A stretch of 32,562 bases of DNA from Candidatus Peregrinibacteria bacterium (GTDB taxonomy: Bacteria; Patescibacteriota; Gracilibacteria; UBA1369; UM-FILTER-53-11): the NCBI GenBank assembly GCA_023245725.1, contig JAHFJU010000006.1, positions 1 through 32,562 of the forward strand. Reading direction: 5' to 3'. Below the pieces are notes generated by a model that saw only the letters and a program-made list of their open reading frames with translations, searched no databases and was not told where the DNA came from. Positions 1-9,800 of the stretch are shown here, in pieces. A program made the translations under genes and the position numbers. The first letter of the stretch is position 1. Every line of letters starts with the position of its first letter.

Positions 1-420
1 GGTGGAGCGGGCGGGGCCGGTGCCTGAGTAGCAGGAGCAGGCGGTGCGGGTGGCGGGGGAGCTTCTGTCGCAGGCACAGGAGGAGCCGGCGCATTTGTTG
101 GTGGCGCTGGGACGTTTGTAGCAGGAGCAGGCGGCGGAACTGGTGCCGGTGCGTCGGTCGGTGGGGCAGGAGCTTGAGTTTCTGGCGCTGGAGGCGGCGG
201 AGGCGGTTCGGTGGCAAGCGGTGGAAGTTGCGGAGCCTCAGTTGCCGGAGCTGGCGCTTCTGTTTGTGGCGCAGGCGGCGGTGCAGGTGCTTCGCTAGCA
301 GGCGCTTGTTGAGCGGGAGCGTCTGTTGCTTGTTCTGGCGGAATTGGAATCGGTGGTGGTGCTGGCGGAAGTCGTGGCATTTGGGCATCAACTTGGGCAT
401 CGGCATTTGCATCGATTCCT
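1..420. repeat. GC-rich low-complexity block A, which encodes Pro/Ala-rich repeats on the minus strand
   Basis: The 17-mer GTAGCAGGAGCAGGCGG occurs at 28..44 and 118..134 and again in block B. The surrounding sequence is made of degenerate GGNGCNGG units that read as APPP/APAT on the minus strand. Confidence 0.8.
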
Positions 421-2114
421 GAATCTGCAGCATTTGCAGCGTCTACAGCATTGGCATCTTGAGGAGTGTTTTGCGGTGCATTGTTCGAATCCAATTGCGG
501 ATTTTCATGTCCTTGATTTTGATTCGATTGTGCGTTCGCATTCGACTCGTTGCTGTTAGCGTTGTCATTGCTATTGTTGTTCTCATTTGCAACATTCACG
601 GCGACATTGTTCTCGACGTTGACCTGTACGTTGATGTTCAGATCGTGGCCGAGAAATTCGCAGTTGTCGTTGTTGTTGCATGGCACGAAAACTCCGCTAA
701 CGCATGGAGTTATATCGAAGTCTCCGCACGCATTCACGCACATTGTTGCTACGCTGTTGTCGACGAGTCCGTCGCAGTTGTTGTCGATGTTGTCGCAGAT
801 TTCGATAGCAGGGTGAGGAGCGTTGCATGCTCCCCAAATCCCGTTTTCGCATTGCCGCACTCCATCTCCGCAGGCGGTGTCGCATGGCCATGAAATGCCC
901 TCGTCAACATTGCCGTTGCAGTTGTTGTCGATCCCGTCGCATTGCTCTGGCGTGTGTTCGCAAATGAACTGTTCGTCGAGGTCGTTGCCGTTTGCTGGCG
1001 GGTCTGACTGCGGGGCTGGTGGTTGAGGAGGTTCTGTCGCTGGTGCCGGAGCAGGAGGCGCAGGTGCATCTGTAGCAGGAGCAGGCGGCGGAGGAGGGGG
1101 GTTCGGCGCGTTTGTCGGTGGAACTGGCGGCGGAGCCGCAGTAGCAGGAGCAGGCGGCGGAGCTTGAGTTACTGGCTCTGGTGGCACTGGTGGCTCAGTT
1201 TGAGGAGCCGGCGGTGCTTCTGTTACAGGAGCCGGTGGCGCTTGGGTTGCCGGTGGCGGAGGAGGCGGTGGCGGGGCTTGGGTCTGCGGAGCAGGCGGTG
1301 CTGTCGGAATTGGCGGCGGTGCGGGAGGCGGCGGAATAGGTTGTTGTGCCGCGTCTGGTTCTTCGATTTGTGCCGCTGCGTCGGGAGCGAACAAAACATC
1401 TGGAATCATGATTGCGGCGGCGTCCGCATTCGCGTTCGCCGCCGCATCTGGCTCTGGTTCGCCCTCTTGCTCTTCTGCACACACTGCAACTTCGCGTCCG
1501 TTATCGATGCCGAGAAACTGTGACGGGTTGATCCAATTTTCATGGAGGTCACAAGTGCAGGCGTCGTTGCGGTCGAGGTTCAGTTGCGACAGTGCGCTGT
1601 AAATCCAGTTGCCGCATACGAGTCGATTCTGTTGAAATTCGCCGTGGTGAATACCGATGAAGAGCCGAGGTGAGAATCCTCCATTTTCAGAGGAGTCGCC
1701 CACGTGGCCGATCACTTCACCTTCGTGAACTTGCTGCCAGTATCCAACGAGAATGTCGTCGCGGTTGGGGTTGTCTTCGTCGTTGATGCCGAGGTGTCCG
1801 TAGATTACGGTGATTGTGTCTCCGCGGTTTTCGTATTCCACGATGACGTATCCGCCGATGTTTCCCGGATCACCACGGTAGCTGGTTGCCATCACTCGCC
1901 CGTTGCCGATTGAGTGAACGTCAGTGCCGTCTGCTGCGGCGACGAAGTCGCCGAGTTCGAAGCAGCTGAGCTCGCAGCTGAAGAAGTGGTACTGCACGTT
2001 GTACGGTTGCACAGGCGCAGTCCATGCCTTGGCCGATTGTGGCGCAAGAAGTGTCAGCGTGAGCATGATGCTCATCGTCAGCACGTGAATGAGAAGCCGA
2101 AAAATCGCTTTCAT
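1..2114 (-). CDS. Secreted M23/LytM-like domain protein with two proline-rich blocks, two MopE-like Cys repeats and an Asn-rich tract. The 3' end runs off the left edge (partial, at least 704 aa).
   Basis: It is absent from the supplied ORF track because no stop codon lies in the window. The ATG is the complement of cat at 2112..2114. My hand translation of this frame is open down to base 3. It reads MKAIFRLLIHVLTMSIMLTLTLLAPQSAKA (signal peptide), then GDFVAAADGTDVHSIGNGRV...GGYVIVEY...VIYGHLG...GEVIGHVGDSSENGGFSPRLFIGIHHG (M23/LytM-like pattern), then PPPAPAT-type repeats, CDGIDNNCNGNVDEG and CDNIDNNCDGLVDN, an N-rich tract and a second Pro-rich block. No other minus-strand ORF in the track uses this frame between 1 and 2114. 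Confidence 0.7.
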   Translation of the reverse strand, partial: MKAIFRLLIHVLTMSIMLTLTLLAPQSAKAWTAPVQPYNVQYHFFSCELSCFELGDFVAAADGTDVHSIGNGRVMATSYRGDPGNIGGYVIVEYENRGDTITVIYGHLGINDEDNPNRDDILVGYWQQVHEGEVIGHVGDSSENGGFSPRLFIGIHHGEFQQNRLVCGNWIYSALSQLNLDRNDACTCDLHENWINPSQFLGIDNGREVAVCAEEQEGEPEPDAAANANADAAAIMIPDVLFAPDAAAQIEEPDAAQQPIPPPPAPPPIPTAPPAPQTQAPPPPPPPPATQAPPAPVTEAPPAPQTEPPVPPEPVTQAPPPAPATAAPPPVPPTNAPNPPPPPPAPATDAPAPPAPAPATEPPQPPAPQSDPPANGNDLDEQFICEHTPEQCDGIDNNCNGNVDEGISWPCDTACGDGVRQCENGIWGACNAPHPAIEICDNIDNNCDGLVDNSVATMCVNACGDFDITPCVSGVFVPCNNNDNCEFLGHDLNINVQVNVENNVAVNVANENNNSNDNANSNESNANAQSNQNQGHENPQLDSNNAPQNTPQDANAVDAANAADSGIDANADAQVDAQMPRLPPAPPPIPIPPEQATDAPAQQAPASEAPAPPPAPQTEAPAPATEAPQLPPLATEPPPPPPAPETQAPAPPTDAPAPVPPPAPATNVPAPPTNAPAPPVPATEAPPPPAPPAPATQAPAPPAP
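1020..1335. repeat. GC-rich low-complexity block B, which encodes Pro/Ala-rich repeats on the minus strand
   Basis: The same 17-mer GTAGCAGGAGCAGGCGG occurs at 1072..1088 and 1141..1157. It encodes PPPAPAT-type repeats that flank the Cys-rich module. Confidence 0.8.
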
Positions 2115-2141
2115 TTTCTGGAATCCTTTCTGTTCTTGTTG

Positions 2142-2924
2142 TTACGACATGTCTTCGAGAAGGTTTCGAAGATCTTGAGGGATGTCGAGTGTCATGTGAC
2201 TCTCGACAAGGTTTCGAAGCTGTTGCTGCGGGTCTGAATTTTCGTCGACGATCATCTCTACATAGAGCATGTACCCAGCGTGAAGCACCATCGCGTAGAC
2301 CTTTGGCATGCCGAGGTCGGTCGCGATGTAGATGTTCGCGTGATCTGAGACATGAAAACTGATGGTCTCGACAGGAGGGCTGATGTTGCCGATTGTCGCG
2401 TCTTTCAGCCACTCGTCGACCGAGAAAATGTTGTTCGGCACAGGAATCATCGTGAGATGATAGTTGTGTCCGCTCGGTCGAGTGATGAAGTACGCGGCGC
2501 ACCCGTGTGCGCCGCGCTCCCACTGAGTGAGCGGAATCGGCTGTGCGTTCAGCGTTCCGTATAGGGTCATGAATTTCATGGGTCGATTGCGATCGTTCTC
2601 GCACGTGAGCCGAATTCCTGCCAGCGGCATAGGCTCGCCCGCGTCGGGCTCGCCTTGAGCTTGCTGTTGAGGAATCCCAGCGTCGATTGAGCCGTCGGGC
2701 GAATTGTTGTTGACGTTGTTCTTGTTCGCCGCGTTTTGCGCGTTGGCGGGTTGCGTCGATGTGTTCTTCGCCGTAACAGTGCCTGCATCTGGGCAGGTGA
2801 GATTCGACTTGCAGACGAATTCGAGCGGCTCATTGCATCCGCTCACGAGAACGAGCGCGAGGCTCGTCGTGATTACGAGCATGAAGCTCATGAAAAAAAC
2901 GTTGATCCAAAAATCCTGTTTCAT
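2142..2924 (-). CDS. Hypothetical lipoprotein (260 aa)
   Basis: The ORF is in the track. Its N-terminus MKQDFWINVFFMSFMLVITTSLALVLVSGC has a hydrophobic core and an L-V-S-G-C lipobox, followed by a low-complexity N/Q/A linker and a globular C-terminal part. It sits 27 nt upstream of the M23-like gene, in the same frame and with the same high-GC composition. Confidence 0.75.
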   Translation of the reverse strand: MKQDFWINVFFMSFMLVITTSLALVLVSGCNEPLEFVCKSNLTCPDAGTVTAKNTSTQPANAQNAANKNNVNNNSPDGSIDAGIPQQQAQGEPDAGEPMPLAGIRLTCENDRNRPMKFMTLYGTLNAQPIPLTQWERGAHGCAAYFITRPSGHNYHLTMIPVPNNIFSVDEWLKDATIGNISPPVETISFHVSDHANIYIATDLGMPKVYAMVLHAGYMLYVEMIVDENSDPQQQLRNLVESHMTLDIPQDLRNLLEDMS

Positions 2925-3066
2925 ACTCTTCTTATCTCCTTTTCAATGATCACCGTGTGTCTGCAGTACTGTGCGAAAAAAATTATTCACACGCACCACA
3001 AAACTGGGATACGTGATTCTTATCAAATAAATATGAACGCAGATTAAACGGAAATTAAAATAATTA

Positions 3067-3095
3067 TGAACAGGTTCTGAAATATCTGATATACT
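3067..3095 (+). promoter_or_regulatory. Putative promoter with an extended -10 (TGATATACT) for the pilin-like gene
   Basis: TG-A-TATACT lies at 3087..3095, with a weak -35 (TGAACA, 3067..3072) and a 17-nt spacer, about 35 nt upstream of the ATG at 3130. The same TGATATACT motif recurs upstream of other genes in the window. Confidence 0.4.
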
Positions 3096-3129
3096 CACGA
3101 CCGATCTATTTTTTTATCTTTTTTTCTCT

Positions 3130-3669
3130 ATGATCGGAAAAATTACTAATCGCAAGGGCTTCACTCTTATGGAGTTGCTCATTGTTATTGCGATTTTGGG
3201 CATTTTAGGTGTCGCTTTTGTTCCTAATATTTTGAAAGCTCCGGCTAAGGCTCGTGATGCGGTTCGTGTAAAGAAAGTTCAAGATTTGCATACTGCAATC
3301 GAGGCTTACTATGCTGAACATGGTTCGTTGCCAAAGATTGCTGCTGCTGATGCTGACGTTTACCCAGGACCTTGTGCAACCGATGCGCTTGCTACTGCTG
3401 TAGGAATGCAAAGTGCTCCGGTTGATCCAAATGGTTTAGGTAGTTGTGGTGATGGAGCGGATGCAAAAGGTCAATACCTTTACAATGTATATAAAGTTGG
3501 TGATGAAGTACATTACGTTGTTGCTGCGAAAACAGAAGTTCCAACGTCTGCAAATACAACTTTAACAACAGCTAATCTTAAAGCTGAATCTCAGGAAAAT
3601 AACTCAGTCCTTCTCCCTGTGCAAAGCCCTGCAAATGGTACCTACTTCATGGCAACTGGCCCAATTTGA
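3130..3669 (+). CDS. Type IV pilin / pseudopilin-like protein with a prepilin-type N-terminal cleavage/methylation motif
   Basis: MIGKITNRKG|FTLMELLIVIAILGILGVAFV shows a basic leader ending in Gly, then F at +1, E at +5 and a long hydrophobic alpha-1 helix, which is the classic class III signal. The globular part has two Cys (PGPC...GSC). It ends with TGA. Confidence 0.88.
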   Translation: MIGKITNRKGFTLMELLIVIAILGILGVAFVPNILKAPAKARDAVRVKKVQDLHTAIEAYYAEHGSLPKIAAADADVYPGPCATDALATAVGMQSAPVDPNGLGSCGDGADAKGQYLYNVYKVGDEVHYVVAAKTEVPTSANTTLTTANLKAESQENNSVLLPVQSPANGTYFMATGPI

Positions 3670-3710
3670 TCCTATAAAAGTTCGTTTTTTAGTGATTTCT
3701 CTGGAATTTA

Positions 3711-3740
3711 GCCGAGTCCCTCTGCAGGGCTCGGTTTTTT
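3711..3740 (+). terminator. Rho-independent terminator after the pilin-like gene
   Basis: gCCGAGtCCC-tctgca-GGGCTCGG forms an 8-bp stem with one bulged T, followed by TTTTTT. Confidence 0.7.
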
Positions 3741-3804
3741 ATTAAATTACAAAACAAGAACAAATAATGACAACATTATATTAAGGATTTTAGAGGGGTA
3801 AAAG

Positions 3805-3813
3805 TGATATAAT
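3805..3813 (+). promoter_or_regulatory. Putative extended -10 promoter (TGATATAAT) for the giant gene
   Basis: TG-A-TATAAT lies at 3805..3813, downstream of the pilin terminator and about 60 nt upstream of the start at 3873. The leader contains AAGGAGG at 3852..3858. Confidence 0.45.
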
Positions 3814-3872
3814 CTACAGATATAAAAAAATAGATACATATAAGGACTCGTAAGGAGGCAAAAATAAAAATC

Positions 3873-6800
3873 TTGAAAACAATATTTAAAAAAATTGGTG
3901 TTGGTCTCACGCTCATCGTTTTTATGTCGGTGACATTTGGTTCGCCGATTGTGCAAGGTTATTCAAATCCTGATAATTATGACCTCGTTGCTCTTTTGGT
4001 TGAGCAGGGAATGTACCAAGATGTAGTGAATTACAGCGGCCTTGTTGGTTCTGTGCAATCGAATAAAATCAGCGTTACTACAAACACTTCTCGTATCGAC
4101 CGGTATGCGATGGATGTGCAAAGAACATTACCCGGAACTCGCGTGGTTATTATTCAGGTTGATCGCTATGAGAAGCCCGAAAATGTTCGAACTGTTTTGC
4201 AGCGATTATATTTCGATGGTGATCCGCAGGCCGATGGCGCGCTTGCAACACTAAAGGGAATCGTAGCCATTGGTGAAGTTCCGTTGCCAGTTGTAAACAA
4301 AGGCGGTAACCGATTTATTTCGCTTTTTCCTTATACTGATCTCGAAAATTCGGCCTATGTGTTTAACGATAAAACAGGTGATTTCGAGTTGAATGCAAAT
4401 GTCAGTGATCCTCGAGTTGAGGTTTGGCACGGTGTGATTCGGCCTCCTGTTTCGACACAAACCGAGGATGGCAGAAAATTACTTGCAGCATATTTAGATA
4501 AAAATCATCTTTACCACAGTGGCGATCAGGCTTTTTCAAAATTCGATTCTCGCCTGTTCTTTCAAGATTATTACAACGAGAAAAAGCAAATAAATAAAAC
4601 GGCATATACAAGTTATCTTCAGTTTATAAATCACCAAGACGATATTTCGTATATGCGTTATACGAAAAAACTTTTCAACGAACTTTCGGGGTCTGTTGAT
4701 AGTGAACTCGCAGACGCAGGCCAACAAAGCGCCGATCTGCGTACGCAGTTGCAGGCTGCAGGAGTTCCATTCGACGATTCGTCACCGAGTTCTGGGGTTG
4801 AACTTCCCGGCTCAGGTGGTGAGGTAGATAAAAATGCGATTCCCGACATTATGACAAAAATTGCGAAAATGTCTGATTCGTTAATGAAAAAATATAACGA
4901 AATATTTAGCAAATATCCAAGTCTGGTAAATGATTTTGTGCGTTATACAGGCCGTTATTATGTGCCTGATACTTCTACAGATGACGTAACCGATTACAAA
5001 ACCAACGCAGATTCGTCTGTGAATTTAATCGCCGAAAAAGATGAATATAATCGCGTTTATTTGCGTTTAGTGAATGACATGATTGAACGCAAAATCGATG
5101 AAATTTCTGCACAATTGCAACTCGATGTTTCTTTGTCGAATGCCAATGTGAATGTGAAAAGTGTGAGTGGCGTTGGAGGAGTAAGGGTTGAGCCGTATAG
5201 CACATCTGGGTCGGTGAGTGATGCTGTTCAGTTTGTTATCGATAGATTAAAAACAGCTATCAGCACTCTTCCTCTTGGAGATATTAGAGATAATACTATT
5301 AAAGCAGCTAAAACAGCATTCAACTTGGTGTTTTTTTCTCCTGAAACGCCAGCTGACGGCGACAGACTTTCTTATTCGAAAAATTATTTAAACTATTCTC
5401 CGAAAGTTGGAATTAACGACGCGGCATATTTTTCTAAATTTTTTCCAACATATCCTCTCGACGATGATACAGGAACAAAAGCGGCAAATATTAATGGCGT
5501 TCAGTGGGACGATATAAACAGTGTTGAACAATGTTCGTTGTATCGTGGTTCTCTTGGTGCAGGCGAATATTCAAATTTGGTTGAAGCAAATCGCGCGAAT
5601 AATATAAATACAGCGCAAGAGTCTGCGGCTGATAATCTTGAAGATCATGGAGGTTGCTATTACGACGGCACAAATTTATATGCACACCCAGATACAACTT
5701 CTGGCTACAAACAATGTTATCCTGATGATTCCCGAACTCCTGTTCTTGACTTAGCAGGATCAATCGCAACCGACGCGGTGCCATTTACGGGCTACGACGA
5801 TTATCGCGCGTGTCTAAACTTTAGGCCTGAGTATGAAATGTACAAAGAGAGAATTGCCGTAGATCAAATACACGAAAAACTCGATGACCGTAGCCAAGAC
5901 CGCAAAGGTCGAGATCGTGATAAAATTCTCGAAACTGTACGCCCGATGATCGATGGAGGTCTTGATATTCCATTCGATGGTGATCCTTCCCCTGATCAAC
6001 AAGTGTTATTCAAATCAAAATCTCCACGATATTCTGTGACTCTCGGCGATGTTTTGAGAAGTACTGAAGTTGGCTGGAGCTACATAAATGCGCGTGATTC
6101 ACATTACGGCGACTGGAGATATTTATTTGAAAAAATGATTACTGCGTATAGTGATGGGCGCAATCATATTGTGCATGTTACAAATACTGTTTTAACAAAT
6201 GCGGCTGTCGTTATTTCAATTTCTAAGAACGATGAAAAACATTTTTCTAGTATTCGAGTTCATAAAGAGCCAACAAAACCGACTCTTATTGCCGAGGGAG
6301 ACGGGTTTGTTACTAAAGACCTTCCTGTCGACGAGCCACGATATATTACTTTCCAAGATAAGCGAAAAAATCCTGTTTCAATTGTTTACCCAGACGCATT
6401 TAGCGTAAAAAGTTTCGATGATTTGACTGCGAAATTACATGAATTAGAGGCCAAGCTTAATGCATTGTCAATTGATCAATCGGTTTGTAATGGCTGTTTA
6501 ACGGGACTTATTTCTGCTGCTGCCGAGCAAGTTTCCGAGGCCGATCACGAAACAATTATTAATCGCGCTAATCAATTCAAACTTGCTGATGCAATAAGTT
6601 GGAAAGACCTCGATATCGATTCTCGTCATGTGTACATTGCTGAAAATTATCTCGATAGCGCGCACACGGCGTTTGTAAATCCTGAGAAAGAAAAAGGATA
6701 CGAAATTTCATATTTCAACGGTGAAGGTGATTCTCAAGGCTACGATTTGGGCTTTAACAGTGAGCTTTTGGCGTCTGCTACTCCATTGGTTGAGGTTGAA

Positions 6801-9800
6801 AAACCATATGCTGACGATCCGAATAATCCTTTTGATGACCCACCACCGCAACAACAAGGTGGCTATGATTTATTTACTTGGAATCCTCCTCCGGTTTCAC
6901 CATGGTACGAGCGAGTGAAAGAGTGGTACGCCGACTTGAAGAATAATACTTCGTTTACAGTAAGTTTTGGTGAAGAGAAACAGAAAAATAGCGAGAATCA
7001 GGCAAAGGAATTAGAGGCGGAAAAACAGAAAATCAAAGATGAGGCAAATGCGTTTGTTTCGTCTCCTGAAGATGCAGATAAAATTGTGCTTTCTCGTGTG
7101 AAGAAAATAAGAATTACCGCTGACAGTACGGCTGCGGTTGTTGGAAAAAAAGTTACTTTCGGAGTTGATTTGCTCGATGAAAATGACGCACTTGTTTCTA
7201 CAGAATTCAATCGAGTTGATGTGACTGTCGATAACGGCGCGACTGTTATGGATAACGACGAAGATCCAACGGCTGACGGTACACAGCGAACAGTAATTGG
7301 CGGACATGCCGATGTTTCGTTTATTGCACCAGTGAATCCTGCGGCGGTTACGGTAACAGTGAAAATGAACAGCCAGCCCGACATTGGTAAAACTCAGCAA
7401 TTTGCGATTTTGAAGAGCGCTACTATTGCTTTAGGAATTGCGCAAACCGCGATTGTCGCTGACGGGCGTGGACTCATTCCCGTGACTCTTTCTGCGGTTG
7501 ACGACAAAGGTAGCTTACTCGCGAACGTGAATGGAACAGTACACATTGCGTTGTCTGATGATTCGCTTGCTCGTGCGACAAAAGAAGTGCAATTGGTTCG
7601 CGGTCGCGCACAGTTTACTGTGCGCGCAGGTGTCAAAAAAGGAGAGTTGATTATCAACGCTGCTACATCGAATTTAGATCCTGCTGCGGCAACAATTAAA
7701 TTTTTACCGGGGCCAGCTGTGAAACTTGTATTGGTGAAAAATGCCGATGTTCTAATTGCAAATCCGGGTGAGTCTATCGACGTAACCGCGCAGATTTTCG
7801 ACGCATATAATAACTTAATTGACACCAACACCGGCACGCCGATTTCGTTTGTTCTAAACGATTCCGCGGTCGATATAGCCGAGCTTACTTCATTAACCGC
7901 AAATACAGTTGATGGCCTTGCAACCGTTAGAGTTCTGCCAAAAGGTAAGAGCGGAAGCATTTCGGTAACAGCAAAAACTCGTGGTCTGCGCGATGCGATT
8001 TTGACTCTGAATGTTGTAAAAAAATTCGGCACCGGTTCACTTTCGAGAATAAATCCTGAGAGTTTGGTGACTGCACTTCTTGGTATTCCTGCCGGTAATG
8101 TCAGCGCGCCAAAAGCGTTTGGTTCCAGCATGGTTTTCGCAGGTAAAAATGAAGCTGTTACAACGCTAACAACTTCGCCAAAGCAGTACAGTAAAGTTTT
8201 CGAGGTTAGCGACAAAGGTGCACTTACTTCAGACCCCGATCGTGTTAGCGTCAGCTTTGTTCCGGGAAATCATCTTGCGTTTTTAATGCGCGATACGCGC
8301 TACGGAATTGATCTTGCAAAAATTTATGTGATTACAAAAAAAGATGGGCAATTTGCTCTTACAGATGAGCAGTCTCCTGAAAAACTTTCTGATGGAATTT
8401 ACCTTCATGCTACGTCGAGCGACCCGTCATATGTGTTTGATAAATCACGTGGTTCATTGCGAATTTCAAAATCCGATGAAGAAAGAATTGAAGTTCAAAC
8501 AAATGGATTTGTGAAAGTTTACGACCAGAATTTTACTGTTCGTCCAAAAAAATCCGACTACCTTACTCTCGAAATTTTAGAGGGACAAACGGTAGTTGCA
8601 GAAGTTTATATTGTACAGCGTTTCAATCAAGATGTTCGAACTTATTCTAATACAGGCGATATTTCAAACGACGCTGCTGGTGTTTATGTGCAGCCGTTCG
8701 CGCTGCCCGGTACGTTCTTTTTCGAACCGTCATTCTCGGGAAACACAACCTCTGCAAGTCTTGGTATGGCTCTGAAAGACCGCTCACAGGTACTCGATGG
8801 CGCAGGTTCTCCCGGATTCGGATACAACTCATTTGAAGATTCACTCGACTCTATGGGGGTTGGCTTCACTCAAGATAATAAATTCGCTCTGCTATTTTCA
8901 GCCGGCGAAATCTTTGGTGAAGCGAATCGCCAATATATGTCAGATGCTACGATAGTTCTTGGTGATCCAACAGTACGCTTGAACAATGCGCCTCATGAAG
9001 ATAACTTTTCAATAGATGTTGGAACTCTTTTGTACTCAGCTACAAGCGACGTTCGAGGGTTGCTATCTTTCGATGTAAATAGCGATGGCTTTGAAGACCT
9101 GCTTGTAGTGCAGCAAGATGGTCTTATTAAATACATACAAAATGGTGGAGGAGTTAATAATTTTACAGACCGTGGAACGCTCCTCAATATTAAAAATGGA
9201 ATTCAGGATTTTACGAAAGTTGATATTAATGGCGATGGTCAGCAGGATATTGTGGTGGCCGCAAAAAACGGCTGTACGGTTGATTCTACGTGTATCGATA
9301 TATTTTTGAATAACCGTGGGAGTTTCACACGTCAAAATGTAACCTTCGATCAAACCGAAAAAATTACTGCGATAAAAGCTTCCGACATGAACGGAGACAA
9401 TAAGGTAGATCTCGTATTTACCGATACAGCAGGCGATATTTCGCTGCTTCTTAACCATGGAGACTCGTTCGCCAATCATCGAGTTGTAATCGGAAATGTG
9501 GGTTTAAAAACCGAGCCGGGAAAAAACGTTATTGCAAATACGCTGGTTCGGTATGCAGGAATTTTGGAGAGAAATCCAGACGGGCCGCAAAATGAAACAG
9601 AGGCCAAAAACCAGCAGTTTTACATGCCGGTAGAATTGTCTGTTGCAAATCCTGATTCTCATGCAAATGACTCTGGTATCGATGCTGTAAATCCTATTCT
9701 AAAAATTTCTCAGGATTTTATGTATGCCGATGCACCAATTTCTTCGCTTAAAACTTCTACGAAATATGCGCAAGATGTTAATGGCGATGTTCTTAGAAAT

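Noticed and set aside
174-1523. Plus-strand ORFs 174..422, 326..559, 459..893, 823..1026 and 1023..1523, and minus-strand ORFs 697..891, 749..1069 and 1195..1482. Many of them are extremely Arg/Trp/Cys-rich.
   Set aside because: They are shadow frames of the GC-rich, Pro/Ala-repeat-encoding minus-strand gene (1..2114). Their composition (poly-R, W, C) is what results from reading GGN/GCN repeats out of frame. The real frame gives a signal peptide and recognisable domains.
1921-2604. A 227-aa minus-strand ORF that spans the junction of the two GC-rich genes.
   Set aside because: It is out of frame with both the lipoprotein gene and the M23-like gene, overlaps both, and is Arg/Ser-rich with no motifs. 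It is a GC-rich shadow ORF.
6998-8215. Antisense ORFs inside the giant gene (6998..7384, 7011..7400 and 7394..8215, plus 13496..13879, 14111..14347 and others).
   Set aside because: They are Ser/Thr/Ala-rich or Ile/Phe/Asn-rich mirror frames of the Ig-like repeat region. They have no start context or motifs and lie entirely within a 12.8-kb sense ORF with coherent domain content.
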